Below, piece after piece: positions 38,893 through 52,942 of a stretch of DNA of 64,000 nt. The position numbers and the translations under genes are program-made. The notes below the pieces were generated by a model that was given only the letters and a program-made list of their open reading frames with translations, made no database searches and had not been told where the DNA came from. Source of the stretch: Octopus bimaculoides (lineage: Eukaryota). Location: positions 461,964-525,963 of the forward strand of contig NC_068995.1 in assembly GCF_001194135.2 (NCBI RefSeq), written 5' to 3'. The stretch's first letter is position 1, and the number at the start of each line of letters is the position of its first letter.

Positions 38893-39424
38893 TATGTTAT
38901 GCTTATACAAAATATGTATAAATATACAGTATGTTTTATACAATACAAAAATGATGCAAGATATATACGAGTTATTTTGACAAGTTCTAGGCGTGTAGAT
39001 ATTTGTTGCCAAACTGCCAATCACCTTTGAAGACGGTTATTGCCCGTTATCGCTTAAATATTTTGCAGACAATTATTTGATATTAATGGTGGTGGCGTGG
39101 TGTGTTGGTGCGGCGAACAAATTGTCTTAAGCTTTTAATTACTCATTCTTAACATTCTGAGTTATAGCCTGGGCGTGTCGGCTTTACCCTCGTCGTGTTA
39201 TTATTATTTTCGTTTCTGCTGTTACTTTGTTCTATATGAGTTGATCCAAATCCCTCAAGTTAGAGTAAGTCCAGCATTTCATTACCAATGGTATTAGTGA
39301 CCGACACTGATAAATTCTAGGGAAAGGAGACCAGAATCAAAGAACTAAGAGTCTGTTAAATTTGTTATAATTCAGCTTTGAATGAGTTTTAAGAGAATCT
39401 TTAATTTTCTGGTTGACAATGTTT

Positions 39425-39870
39425 TCCTTTGTTTACAGCAATGCTTGAAAGGAACGTGTATAGTGTGTGATCGTCGCAGTGACCATGACAGAGAGAGTTG
39501 CCATGGCGATACCTGCTCAGAAGCTTTTGCAAGGTTGCAGAAAGTGTGTGGAGAGGAGTATGTGAGCTGCACACAAGTGTACGAGTGGTTCAGACGATTC
39601 CAAGATGAGACACCCACAACCAGTAGAACTGAGAAAAACATCGTAGATGTGCGTGCAACTGTGAGGGGAGATCGTCGAATGACGATCTGTGAGTTATCCA
39701 CAGGATGTGCAGATTAGTTGCAGTTCAGTTCAGTCGATTATCAATGAAGATTTGGGAATGAGATGCATGCCTGCCAAGTTTGTGCCAAAACTGCTTTCAG
39801 CTGACCAAAAGGACACTCGGGTTTGAAATCTTCTTGATGGGTCAAGAACGATGAAAACTTTTTGGAAACT
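39425..39870 (+). mobile_element. mariner 5' half (HTH region), degraded
   Basis: TCSEAFARLQKVCGEEYVSCTQVYEWFRRFQ..RTEKNIVDVRATVRGDRRMTICELS..SVQSIINEDLGM..AKFVPKLLSADQK (WVP-like linker). Confidence 0.85.
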
Positions 39871-40135
39871 TTGCGTAGGCCTTTGAGCAGGTATCGCCAA
39901 GCTTTTGACAGAACTTGATGCAGATTCTCTGCATGGTCGTGGTCAATGCGACAATCACACGCTACACACGTTCCTTCCAAGCACTGTTGTAAACAGCGGA
40001 AGTGAGCTAGTTCGGTAAAACTTAGTGCGCATGCACAGCAGAGTTCAAGGTCAATCTGTGTCAAGCGGCTTCACTCTGCGTGCTAAGCTTCGTTACTATG
40101 GCAACAGTCCGGATACTTATTGAAGAGACCATGTA
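39855..40135 (-). mobile_element. mariner 5' end (TIR, 5' UTR and first codons), inverted relative to the adjacent copy
   Basis: Reverse strand starts ta-catggtctcttcaataagtatccggactg and encodes QRICIKFCQKLGDTCSKAYAK. 39932-40000 is the reverse complement of 39425-39490. Confidence 0.8.
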
Positions 40136-40202
40136 TGTATATATATATATATATATATACATATATATATTACTAAACGTTTCAACTACTTCTCCTTATC
40201 GC

Positions 40203-40244
40203 GCTACTAATAGTTTCCGTACATGCGTCCGTTCATCAGGCGTC
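40203..40244 (-). ncRNA. Degenerate minimal hammerhead-like motif
   Basis: Reverse strand reads gacgc-CTGATGA-a-cggacgcatgtacg-GAAA-ctat-ta-gtagc; stems are imperfect. Confidence 0.3.
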
Positions 40245-40296
40245 AATCGCCTCATTGGATGGACAACTCTTCGTATTGGCTTTTACGCAGCTAATT

Positions 40297-40329
<33 letters not shown>

Positions 40330-40689
40330 NNNNNNNNNNNNNNNNNNNNNNNNNNNNNNNNNNNNNNNNNNNTATATATGCGTGCGCGTGCGCGCGCGTG
40401 CTTGTGTGTGTGTTATATACTGCCCATCAAAGTTTAATGGAATGTGCTACACACACTCTCTCTCTCTTTCTTTCTCTCTCTCTGTTATGTTAACAATTAA
40501 ATCAGAAGTTCCGCCATAAATGTCTGCAAATAAGTAAAACAAAACACAACAAAACACAAACAAATGGTAAAAACAAAAACCCAAAACGAGAATCTTTCCA
40601 AATAAACAAACCAAAATCTTCTCAAGGCTCCTAAACATGTTTGTTGTGGCTTTTCATGTTTCACACTGTTGTTTCTCTTGTTCTTCTTC

Positions 40690-40760
40690 TTGTTGTTTAT
40701 CTCGTTCTTCTTCTTGTTGTTTATCTCGTTCTTCTTCTTCTTGTTGTTTATCTCGTTCTT
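40690..40760. repeat. 24-bp minisatellite x3 (ttgttgtttatctcgttcttcttc)
   Basis: Direct reading of the sequence. Confidence 0.9.
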
Positions 40761-40994
40761 GTAACATTTTATTAGTTTTTGCTGATACCATTTCTGTTGT
40801 TAATGCCGTTGTTGATGTTGTTGCCTTTAGAGCTCACGTTGATTTAGTAATCAAATATTGTTGTTGTTCTTGTTCGTTTTGTTCCTAAATTCGTTGTGGT
40901 TGTTGTTGTGATTGCTGACATTTTAATTGCTCTCCTCCTCCTCCTCCTCCTCCAATCGCATTCGACGTTGTTGTTGTTGCAATTGTTTAGACTG

Positions 40995-41160
40995 AAGTCG
41001 GTACTGAACCGTAGAGTTGTAATCAGAAGCATTCCGCCCATGGCCGCTTCGCCTTTTCATACATACTTTTTGTCATGCTAAATGACTGTAGATAAGGTGT
41101 GATTTGAGGGAGATCAAGCTACTATTTCATGCTGGCCGAACGACTGACTAGAGGCTTACT
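40995..41160 (+). repeat. Unclassified interspersed repeat family D (bipartite)
   Basis: Motifs (c)attcc(a)gccatg(a)cc and gtgatttgagggagat..gctatttctagc..tagaggct recur at about 14170-14250, 19965-20135, 26520-26590, 31875-31930, 33140-33215 and 36820-36890. Confidence 0.55.
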
Positions 41161-42246
41161 CATAGACTAATATCGTTCTATAGTGTTGTTGTTGCTGTTG
41201 TAGTGATTGTGTTAAAGAGAGAATAACATGTCTGTTCTGACATAATTGAAATAGTAGACAATCAGGAAATTAAAAATGGCATGTGTCGAGAGAGAGAGAA
41301 AGAAATTGAATTAGTGTTAACAAATGTAATGTGTTGTGAACATAAAATGATCAAATTAGAAATAATCAACCGATAAGGAAATTGCAATATTAACTCAGTG
41401 AATATTGTAGCTTGAATCAGAATCATTTTAGCAAAACACGGGAGAAAGCTTCGAATATGTTTCCATCTTATTAGTTCTCCTCAGTAAAGCAGAAGTTTTA
41501 CTACATTTGCCGAATACATATGAGGTTATCATTAATTATATGTGATATATTGTATATATGTGGGGGTGGGGTAGAGATAGCATATTTAAAGAAAAGAATA
41601 AATCATTGAGATGAATTACTCTGAGACACCATTCTCAAAACACGATGCTTAAATTGCAAATTTAATATAATCGATATAAAAATAATCTGATAGGATATGC
41701 CTTCGCACTGCAAAAAAGGCATTCACTTAATGACCCTTCAGAAAGTAAGGAGCCCCCCCCACACACACACACACATCTATATATAACAGTCAAAACTCTT
41801 ATTTAAATCGCCAAAATACACTTTACGCACAATTGCATTATATTGCAATACACTTGACAAAATTTCAAGCCTGTCGGGTTTTCAATATAACTCTTGCGCA
41901 AACACCCATACAGAGACCAACACTCATATACTCTACATACACGCGCAGGCATATGAATAGTGCATGTGTCGAATTCTGTAACAGTGGATCATGCTAGAGT
42001 CGACGGTGATCTTAAGGAACGTATCATTCAGTTGGAGCAACGTAGGATCTACAACTTCCAGAAGTCTTCACTTATAACTCAATTGTTGATGATCAGGACA
42101 GTGTCAACTGCCCCGCTGACTTCTTTAACTTGCTAAGAGCATGATAGGCGCGAAGCCAACGATAACTTTCTGATCGGCCATAACCAACAACTACATGAAA
42201 TGTATGTATGTATTTATGCATTTCCATATATATAAATACACACATC

Positions 42247-42420
42247 TGCGCAGCCGTGGCTGGATGCTTAAAAGTTTCGCTTAGCAAACACGTGATTTTG
42301 GCTTTATTAGTTGTGTGCGTCAGCTTGGACAATTTGCAATACTATAATTCCGGATTGATCGAGGCTTTGCGATTGAATTTGGCAGACAGAAACTGTGAGC
42401 TGTTCGTCGTAAATATGCAT
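42247..42420 (+). mobile_element. SINE family B 5' half, degenerate
   Basis: gcgcagccgtggctg..aagtttcgctt..gatttggcagacagaaactgtga..tcgtcgtaaatatg, running into (TA)n and a gap. Confidence 0.65.
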
Positions 42421-42749
42421 ATATATATATATATATATANNNNNNNNNNNNNNNNNNNNNNNNNNNNNNNNNNNNNNNNNNNNNNNNNNNNNNNNNNNNN
42501 NNNNNNNNNNNNNNNNNNNNNNNNNNNNNNNNNNNNNNNATATATACACATACATTATACTTATATATATGTTAAATTCAAATTACGATAAACGTAAACA
42601 AACAAACGAAGTTTGCTTTTAGAAGCGTTGACATGTCTTAGAAAGTTAAAGAAGTGATTTTAAATTCTCAAACGCAGGATAATGCTAATAATATAGCCTG
42701 AACAGGATAAACTACCCCTATTTTGCAAACAAAAAGTGTAGGTGGTTAG

Positions 42750-42787
<38 letters not shown>

Positions 42788-43296
42788 GTATGTATCTATA
42801 TGAATGTGTGGGTGTGCTGTATGGTTCTTTTATATCAATTTACGCATTTTCGTTTGATTTCCTAACAGTTTGTTTTGATACAAAACTTCCAAAATCTACC
42901 ATCAACATTTTTCGACCATTTCAGACTCATTTTCTGCCTCTTGTAGCAGCAATGTTGATGTTGCTGTTGTTGCAACCATTTCATTTTGGGCAGGGCGTTC
43001 ACATAACCACAATAATTTCAATTTTGTTTTGCAACGATAGATTTAAACGTCATCGGGGAATTGTTTATTTTTGTTGTGGTTATTGAATGTTTCGTATGTG
43101 TTTATTTTAGAAATGTGACGTGATATGTCTTTTCGCCTCCATCATTAATCGTCTATTTTCATTGAGAATTCAAATAAACAAATACAGCAAGCTCAAGAAC
43201 AATGCAGTGCAATAAATACGTCAGATGTTTCAGTTATGAAAAATAAACGAATATCATAAAATCTGCTGCCTGAATCAATATACGCGCGCGCGCACG

Positions 43297-43335
<39 letters not shown>

Positions 43336-43440
43336 GCATATATGTACACACATATACATAATTATATACGTATTTAAATGCATACACTCTTACAAACACA
43401 CATGCACACACACTAACACACATATATACATAGATACATA

Positions 43441-44225
43441 CAAGGTGTGATGGGTAAATTGTCGCCATTTTATATTTTAATTTCGCGCATGCGCATCGGT
43501 TGTTTTGATTTTGTTAACTACACAGTATAGTAAGGTCAGTTGGGCACCGTCTGTGAGAAAAATAGCACTACGATGCAATTCACTCTGCCAGAAATTTGGA
43601 AACTACATGCTGTACTGCTTGGCATTCATGCTAGAAGCTCCAATACGAACATTTCAGAGTGTTTGGGTGTCAATCTGAGGACATGTAACGAGAGTTATAA
43701 AAATCTAACATCATGGTGTTTGGAGTGATCAATAATGATGGCAACGTTATGCCTCCATTCATCTTCCCACACGGCCTCAGACACAATATGGAGGCATACA
43801 TCAAGTGCCTGAATTAAGTAGTGCCTCTCTGGGTCAAAAGGGTGGCTGCTGGAAGACCCTATGTCTGGCAACAGGACTCTGCACCATTTCACACAAGCAG
43901 GAGAACCCAGTCATGGCTGTCAGAGAATTTCTGCAACCACATCTCTCCTAACATCTTGCATCTGACTCCTTAGGTTGCAATCCCCTTGATTATTATGTGT
44001 GGGGCGCAGTTGAGCGAGAGACCAACAAAACTTGTAACACCAAAGATGAACTGAAGGCAAGGACTATGGCAGCATTGACCAACTTAAACAAGGAAACCCC
44101 CCCAGAAGAGTAGCAAGAGATTCCGAAGTCGTCTGGAGGTCGTGGTTGAAGCCAATGGCGATTTTATTGAATAAATTTACGCTTCAGTATTTCATATAAA
44201 TGCTTCAGGTATTTCAAGATACTTT
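43441..44225 (+). mobile_element. Tc1/mariner DD37D (maT) transposon, internally deleted
   Basis: Follows TA; 5' end caaggtgtgatgggtaaattgtcgccatttt; IMVFGVI..DG.VMPPFIFPHGLR..YVWQQDSAP.HTSRRTQ..NPLDYYVWGAVERETNK..EANGDFIE*. D-to-D distance is 113 nt versus 114 expected for D37D. Confidence 0.88.
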
Positions 44226-44922
44226 CATTTTTTGTGCCAAGGCATTAAAGAGCGAACTATGCATACATACATATCAAGCATATTGGTATATACCTTCAAG
44301 ATATCTGGCGTTGCCCAGGAAACAGTCGCTAATTTCTTCAAAAACAAGTGGATTCTGAAGAGATATTTTATTCAAAACGGGTTATAATTTTTCTAATACT
44401 GATACGGATATTGTTGGGCGAGAGAAGAGGATGAAGTGAACTGATTTCAGCCAAAAAGCGAACCAGAAATAGAGTTATCTATATATTATAATGTATACAT
44501 ACATCAGACACATATACACATATAAGTAGGTTGATCCAGTAGTCTGGTGTATTAGCGAGATACCGTGGCTTTTACAGACTGAAAAAAGATATAGTTTGCT
44601 ACCTGATAAAACGACCACACGTCGGGGGAAACACCAAAGTAACAGCCTGCTTGCACCCGGCTAAATAAGTTCTATGCTCTACTGTGGTATTGAGTGCTTT
44701 TCTCCCCCCCCCCCCAGTTAAAGCAAACGATATAAGCGTATGATATATAAGCGTATGTCTTGAATATGTATATATATATATATATATGTGTGTGTATGTG
44801 TTTATGTACATATCCATGAAGATTAGATAGTTTTGGTAAGAGGCAAAGCTCCAAGAGAAACACGCCATTGGTGAATATGATTCAACTGTGAAGAATTTGG
44901 TTCTATACAGTGGCATTATTAC

Positions 44923-44963
<41 letters not shown>

Positions 44964-46262
44964 ATATATATACATATACACACACATATGATTATATTTA
45001 TGTATGTATACATGCCGTCGAATAATGCGTGTGTTTGTGTGTATATATACATGCCGTCTGCAAAAAGGACTTCCTGATCACAAATCAAGCTGTTTGTTTG
45101 GAGTATAAAATGACAAACAAGACCTTGTGTGTATATTGACGTTGTCTGGAGAATGTTTACCTCAGAAATAAACATAAACATACATACTAACACAGAGATG
45201 CCCCCACACACGCACACACACAGATACACATATATAAATACACATAGACACATGTGTACATAAACACATCTGTACGTACTACCACACCGAGATACATACA
45301 TAAGTACAGTGGAGGGAGCACACGAATACATGTACATATACGAGTGTTATATAAACACACGAACCGATGCACTGACAAATATTGAAATATCCTGCATCAT
45401 TACATATGTATATTTACGTAATCTATGATTATTTATTATAATATCATTATTTAGTATAATTGTATGTAGAGACACACCCCCGATCTGTACGTCAGTGCAC
45501 GCGCACTTGCATAATAGAAGACGCGCTTAACTCCTTGCATATCTGTGTCTGAACACACACACACGTGTATTATATATATATATATATATATACATACACG
45601 CACACACACACACACACGCAGAAAGCAAGATAAGTACGCACACAGGCACAAAGATATGTATATGATACGCGTATATATATATGTATGGACGTATGTGTGT
45701 GTTTGCATACATAAATTTATTTATTTATTCTTTAGAGCGGCGATTCAATTGCTTTGAGTTTCATGCCAATATTTTTATCAAACATATGTGTATGAGTGTG
45801 TGTCTTTGTAAGTATATGTATGTAAATATACAGTTTGTATATGCGTGTTTCTGTAGGTATATGTGAGTATGTATATATACATATATATANNNNNNNNNNN
45901 NNNNNNNNNNNNNNNNNNNNNNNNNNNNNNNNNNNNNNNNNNNNNNNNNNNNNNNNNNNNNNNNNNNNNNNNNNNNNNNNNNNNNNNNNNNNNNNNNNNN
46001 NNNNNNNNNNNNNNNNNNNNNNNNNNNNNNNNNNNNNNNNNNNNNNNNNNNNNNNNNNNNNNNNNNNNNNNNNNNNNNNNNNNNNNNNNNNNNNNNNNNN
46101 NNNNNNNNNNNNNNNNNNNNNNNNNNNNNNNNNNNNNNNNNNNNNNNNNNNNNNNNNNNNNNNNNNNNNNNNNNNNNNNNNNNNNNNNNNNNNNNNNNNN
46201 NNNNNNNNNNNNNNNNNNNNNNNNNNNNNNNNNNNNNNNNNNNNNNNNNNNNNNNNNNNNNN

Positions 46263-46302
<40 letters not shown>

Positions 46303-46669
46303 TTGCGCGCGCAATGGAAGTGGGAGTTTTTGTGAATTCTTTTTTGTCGTGTTTCAGCTGTTTTTTTGCTGTTTTTTGACCTTTGAATATTTAAAAGATT
46401 TTTTACCTATTTTTATTTCTTTTATTTTTGCTTTATTTTCTATGTTTGTTTCTGTTGTTTTGCATCTTTGTTCGCTTACTATGTGGGTTTATTTTTTGAT
46501 TTGGTTGGTTATTTTGTTGGTCAGTTATTTTTAGCGTTTTGACAGAAAAAGGTCATCCTAAAATTGCTTTTTAACGTAAGGGTGTCCAAATAATTCGAAT
46601 GCTTACACAGAACAAGTTTTACAGCCACATCATCCAAATCGACCGGGTGAAACCGGGTTTAGCTGCTAG

Positions 46670-46701
<32 letters not shown>

Positions 46702-46800
46702 AATACATGTTTATATATACGCATAAATACATGTATATATACATACACATAGATGCATGTATATATACACACATAAATACATGTATATATATATGCATGA

Positions 46801-46833
<33 letters not shown>

Positions 46834-46864
46834 TACATACAATATACAGACTCCTATATGAGCA

Positions 46865-46958
<94 letters not shown>

Positions 46959-47249
46959 TATATATGTATATCTATCTACCTATTTGTCTATATTTATCAG
47001 TCTGTCCGTGTACCTATGTATGTATGTATTATCTATTTGTCTCTCTCTCTCTCTTTCTATATATATATATATATATATATTCAAACAAACATATTTATAC
47101 ATACCTAATATATACTTCTATATATACTTATATATACTGATACATATAAGTATATTTTGCTCAACAGGCTTTCAGACTTGGCAATAGAATGCAGCTGAAA
47201 ATTATTCTTAACAGGAAGCCAAAATGTTTTAATGCAAAATGGCATGCAG

Positions 47250-47306
<57 letters not shown>

Positions 47307-47448
47307 TTGTGTATACACATATATGTATGTGTATATATTCATGAAATTTATATACAGACATATGTATATATATATATATATAAGGTTGTACTTGTATGTG
47401 CATGTGCATATATGTATATATGTGTGTGTGGATGTCTGTGAATGTATG

Positions 47449-47505
<57 letters not shown>

Positions 47506-48284
47506 ATGTGTGAATAAGTCTGTATATTATACTATATTTACCTATGCTGCATACCTGTATTCCATTACATAAACATTCATTTTTTTTTTTTTTGAAAATG
47601 AAATTGTAATAAAAGAAAATATTAAAAAATCGACAGCGAAAAATATATTTAAAAAAAATATCGAAATATCACGCGCTTTTGCAACACTAAACAATAACTA
47701 CAACAGCCATGGACACGACTACAATAACCACCACTACGAATAACAACAACAATTTCTACAGCAACTCCCTGCAACGTAACCTTAAAATAAATTTAATATT
47801 TTGGAAGCAGCCCAATGTAAAATCTGTATAATGTATCTAAATCAAGAAACAGGAAGAAATTAAGCACTATTTATTTCATGTTGGTTAGGCAACTCCCTTC
47901 TTGTGTACGGAACGAAAGCAAATATACAATCTATGGTGGAAGTCCGATGAATTATGAGCAAAAACAAGAGCCAAAAATTATCGTACGTCAGCAAAACGCC
48001 GTAATGGCCGCCGACGCCATTACGGCAGCAGCAGCAGCTCTCAGAACCATTTCCATGGTTGTTAATGATTTTTTTTTTTAGTGTGTGTGTGTGAGAGTCA
48101 AATTCTGAATGCTGAGGAAACAGTTTAAGATTTTATAACTTTTGCCAATTCCGAGTGTCAAGAATTTAATCTTACAATTATTCCGACACTAATTTTCTGT
48201 AAACAGATTGTTTTCCATATAATTTACTTTCTTTTCTCTCCGTATGTTATAATTATCATCATCAAGATTATTTTTCTGCTCTTT

Positions 48285-48620
48285 CAGTTGAAATCCCGCC
48301 GAGTTCGGATTCGATAAAATAAAGTGTCAGACAAGAACTGGGGGTCGATGGTTTCCACTACTCCCCCCTCCCCTCAGCACTTCTGGCCTTGTGCCTAAAT
48401 CAGAAGCTTTTAAAGGCAGTGAATTGGCTGAATTGTTAGCGCGTCGGAAAAATGTTTAGCACCATTTCTTCCGATTCCTTACGGTCTGAGTTCAAATTCC
48501 ACTCAGGCTAACTTTACCTTTGCTGTCCAGACAATAACTACCAGTTGAGTACTGCGCTGCATATATTCGACTTCTTCGTTCCCTCAAATTTATCAAATTT
48601 GTGTCAAAACTAGAAAGAAT
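48285..48620 (+). mobile_element. Two tandem degenerate SINE family A copies
   Basis: 48285-48400 body and tail (ctgggggtcgat..tggccttgtgcctaaa); 48412-48620 head (aaggcagtgaattggctgaattgttagc..tctgagttcaaattccac). Confidence 0.7.
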
Positions 48621-48754
48621 TATTACAACAAAAGCGTATATCATTTCAGTTAATTTGGATGTGAGGATCTTGTAGGTGGTGTTGGGACGTGTTGTTGGTC
48701 GGTAGTTCTTTGAATTGTATCATTATCATTAATGTTGTTGTTGGTGGTGGTGTA

Positions 48755-49020
48755 TTATGATTATTGTTATTATTATTGTTGAGTGAGAGAGCAGTGCATG
48801 CCACCAAAGTGAAACTGAAGTAAAATATACGAAGCCCAGTATACCCATCATGACTACCCGTCTGATAAGGGTACACCAGGCATGTGCATCACGACCATAT
48901 GTGCGCGACATGGTGATCTCACATCAAGATAAACAGCGCACGACCTTGCATGTGAGGCCCAGTTAGAATTTTCTCCAGGTCGAGTAGCCCATCACGCTCA
49001 AATAATCCTGAATAAGAGTT
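48755..49020 (-). mobile_element. Retroposon-like 3' end with (AAT)n tail, family unassigned
   Basis: Complex sequence ending ...gcactgctctctcactc followed by aacaataataat on the minus strand; resembles a LINE or SINE 3' terminus. Confidence 0.5.
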
Positions 49021-49021
49021 G

Positions 49022-49052
<31 letters not shown>

Positions 49053-49308
49053 ATATATATATATATATATGTATATATAATAGACACTCAGACACATCGA
49101 TTGTGCACAGATAATAAATATCCGTTTAAAGGATGAATTACATCATATAGGAACAATACTCACACCCCCCACACACCTATATATATATATAATGTTTAAA
49201 TATTTACCTGCATCTAAGCGCATACATAGAGCTTCTGGAGATCAAAATGCAGAATACCGGAGAATAGAACACTTTGATCTTCGCAATCTATATTTAGGAG
49301 GACATATC

Positions 49309-49383
<75 letters not shown>

Positions 49384-49774
49384 GAAAGAGAGAGAGTGAG
49401 TGAGAGTATTAGTGTGTGTGTACGTGTGTATGTGTGGGGGTACATAGATGAAAATATACACTCGTATAACTATGCACACATCAATCATACGTTTAGCTTC
49501 CTACATCAATCATGTTTCCAGTTGTTCTTGCAAATTCTTCCTTCAAGTCACAAGATATTTGACTGCTTCTGCGCACAATATACACACTCATATACACACG
49601 CAATATATATATATATATATANNNNNNNNNNNNNNNNNNNNNNNNNNNNNNNATATATACACACTAACACCACGCTAGGAGAGGTTTTGAGGCGTTGCCC
49701 GGCGCTAATATGTAAGGATATTTTTACACTTGAATAACCTACTTGATTTAAATTTCGTTTTGTCTTGCTTTTGT

Positions 49775-49826
<52 letters not shown>

Positions 49827-50520
49827 CGATACAGATATTGATATTCACAAATGCAATCATATCTGTAAAGTTGTACGTTTTCTATGATGAGCAAAGCTTT
49901 TCTATGTATGTTAATAATTCGAATGTGTGACCTGAATTGCGAAAAAACTATATTTATGTGATTTATTATATTTTCTTGTAATTATAAATTTATATTGCCA
50001 CACATAAAAGAAACTAGCAATTCTAAAAGAAATGTGTTATATTCAGTAAGAACTCTAGAGTAAGCAAGAATTCTTGCCATACAGTTTGATGTTATGGTAG
50101 AAAAATGTCAGCTCCAACAAGCAGGCTGGCCATTAGGAAAAACGTTGGAGGTTCAACTCCACTAACACGCTGATGTCAGTGAGACTTGTTAAGGGCCACA
50201 GGACAAGACAATATCACTGAAAACTGAATGCGCTTCAACCGCTTGGTTGTGATTCGAAAAAAAAACAAAAAAAACGAAGATGCAAAGATCTTCTTAACTA
50301 TCATACATAACCAAACTTGCCCCTGTTAAAACATTTATAAAATATATCGATTTGTCACAGCCTAATCTTCGTATATTACTGGTATATATTTTATTGACCC
50401 AGGAAGGGAATAAGTTAAAATAGATCTCAGCCAGATTTGAAATAAGATATAAAGTTACATAATTAAATGTTTCGCGGAATATACACTGTTTCGCCAATGT
50501 TTCCTCCACTCACTGTTATG

Positions 50521-50567
<47 letters not shown>

Positions 50568-50697
50568 TGCTGATATATATGCATTTTTATGTACATATGT
50601 ATGTAGACGTATATATTCATACATACGCATATGCACACTTATAAATAACCGCATATATATATTTTTTTAAAATTACACTCATGCGTATAAATATGTA

Positions 50698-50742
<45 letters not shown>

Positions 50743-51834
50743 GCATACAAACACACACGTGCTACCCATCCGAATCTAGCCAGATTCTAAAAATATATGA
50801 ACAAGTGAAAAACAAGAAAATTTAATCTGTATTTTAATTAAATTTCTTCTCTTTTTCTCTCACTTGGCTCCAAGAATGGGTTAATCTTCAACAACAAACG
50901 AAGAAGCGCAAAAAAAATAAAACAAAATATTTACAAATGAAACAAAAAACATTAAAACATTCTTCGTGTTCCTTTCCTGCTGTTGTTTCCGAGAGGAATA
51001 TCTAGATTTTTCTGTGAGCTTAGCATTCTCCGGTTGGTATAATTTTGTTGTTATATCAAAAGGAATTTTTCAGTGATTGTAACGAAGTTTAAGTTACACC
51101 CCGCCATAGCATAACGATGCCCAAGATGTGGACCATATGTTGGAACAATATAGACACCTTATTTGACTTATATATAACAATATGAAAAGAATCTTCAACT
51201 CAGTAATGTTTTTGTTATGGCTGATGTTGTTATTGTTCTTGTTCTTCCTCAAACACTGCCTTCGAGATCGTTGCCTCTCGTGCTTCTGGACTCGATGAAA
51301 TTAAGTGCCATTCAACTTATATAACACTAGTAGTAATACCCGTCGTTGATCGGTTAATTACTTTTACTCTTTCTCGGGAGACACATTCAAAGAGATTTAC
51401 TCCTCTTGTTTGTGTGTATTTTATAAGAAAAAAACATGCAGCAATTGAAGTAGAAAAAAAGATCAATTTCATACACGAACTTCTGTTTGTTTATTATATG
51501 ACAATAATAAGTGAGTTGCATGTATTATTTTATATATCAATACAGTAATGGCAATTAGATACAATCTAGATACAATTTGGACGACCTGCTGTGGTTGCTC
51601 AATGTCTACCCTGGCACCAGCATTGGCTATGTGAGAACCACAACGACCCATGCATTTTCATTCTGGTTTTTTCACATAAATTCGTTTCATTTTGAAACTG
51701 AACAATCAGCTGTGTTTAGTTTAAGGGTCAACCAATGCATAACCGTGAGTTTCTTTGCACTCGGCAAGAAATGGAAACAAAATTGAAAAGAAAAATCATA
51801 GTAGTAGTAGTAATTTTTTTTTTTATTATAGACG

Positions 51835-52025
51835 CAAGGCCTGAAATTTTGGGGGCGAGGCTAAATCGATTACATAGACCCAGTGGTCAAATGGTGCTTA
51901 TTTTATCGAACCCCGAAAGAGACAAAAGACATAGTCGAACGTGGCGGAATTTGAACTTTGAACGTAAAGAGCGAGAAATTCAGCGAAGAATTTTTTTCTC
52001 CGATGCGTTTACGACTCTGCCAGCA
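51835..52025 (-). mobile_element. SINE family A, degenerate
   Basis: aggcctgaaattttggggg..ttatcgaaccccgaaagag..gtcgaacgtggcggaatttgaact..gactctgccagc. Confidence 0.8.
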
Positions 52026-52211
52026 TAGTAATTGGTGACGGTCCTTGGCGGCTTCAGTTAAGATCTTGCAGTGTTTAACTTTGCTTCCGTCTTTTCAGTC
52101 ATCCGGTGTATGTGTATGGGCATTAACCAGTGTGTCTGTATGGTGTAGATGTGTACATGTGAGTAGATGTGAATATGTGCACATGTTAAGCGTATGTGTC
52201 TGTGTCTGTAT

Positions 52212-52254
<43 letters not shown>

Positions 52255-52709
52255 TGTATGCTAGGTTTTCATGTGCGTATGTATGTGAGAGTTTGTACGT
52301 GTATGTGCGTGTGTGTGTGTGTGTGTGTGCATAGTTATGTGAGAGACGTTTATATCTCAAAGTCTAACAATGCTTGGAGTGTAAAACAAGATCTGAAGAA
52401 TGTCTGAAGGACAGACCAGAGAATGCGAGGTTGTTAACCTTTTCTGTTGTTGTTGGTGTTGGTGTTGTTGCAAATGTTATTTCCATTGTCGTCGCTTTTT
52501 TTTATATATTCTCATTGTTCGTGTTATTGCTAGTGTTCCCCACCCCCACCCCATGTATACTCGCATTCAATTCTTCTGTAAACGCTTTTTACCATTTATA
52601 CCCTTTACTTATCCCTGCAATCTATGTAGATCCCCAAATTTTCTGTCTCACTTTATATCCTACCCCTTATCCATCGCCCTGATGAGAAATAAAATAAATC
52701 ATCATATTC

Positions 52710-52942
<233 letters not shown>

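Noticed and set aside
52660-52690. CTGATGAG after a pyrimidine-rich leader
   Set aside because: The second half of the hammerhead core is absent, so it is at most a truncated relic.
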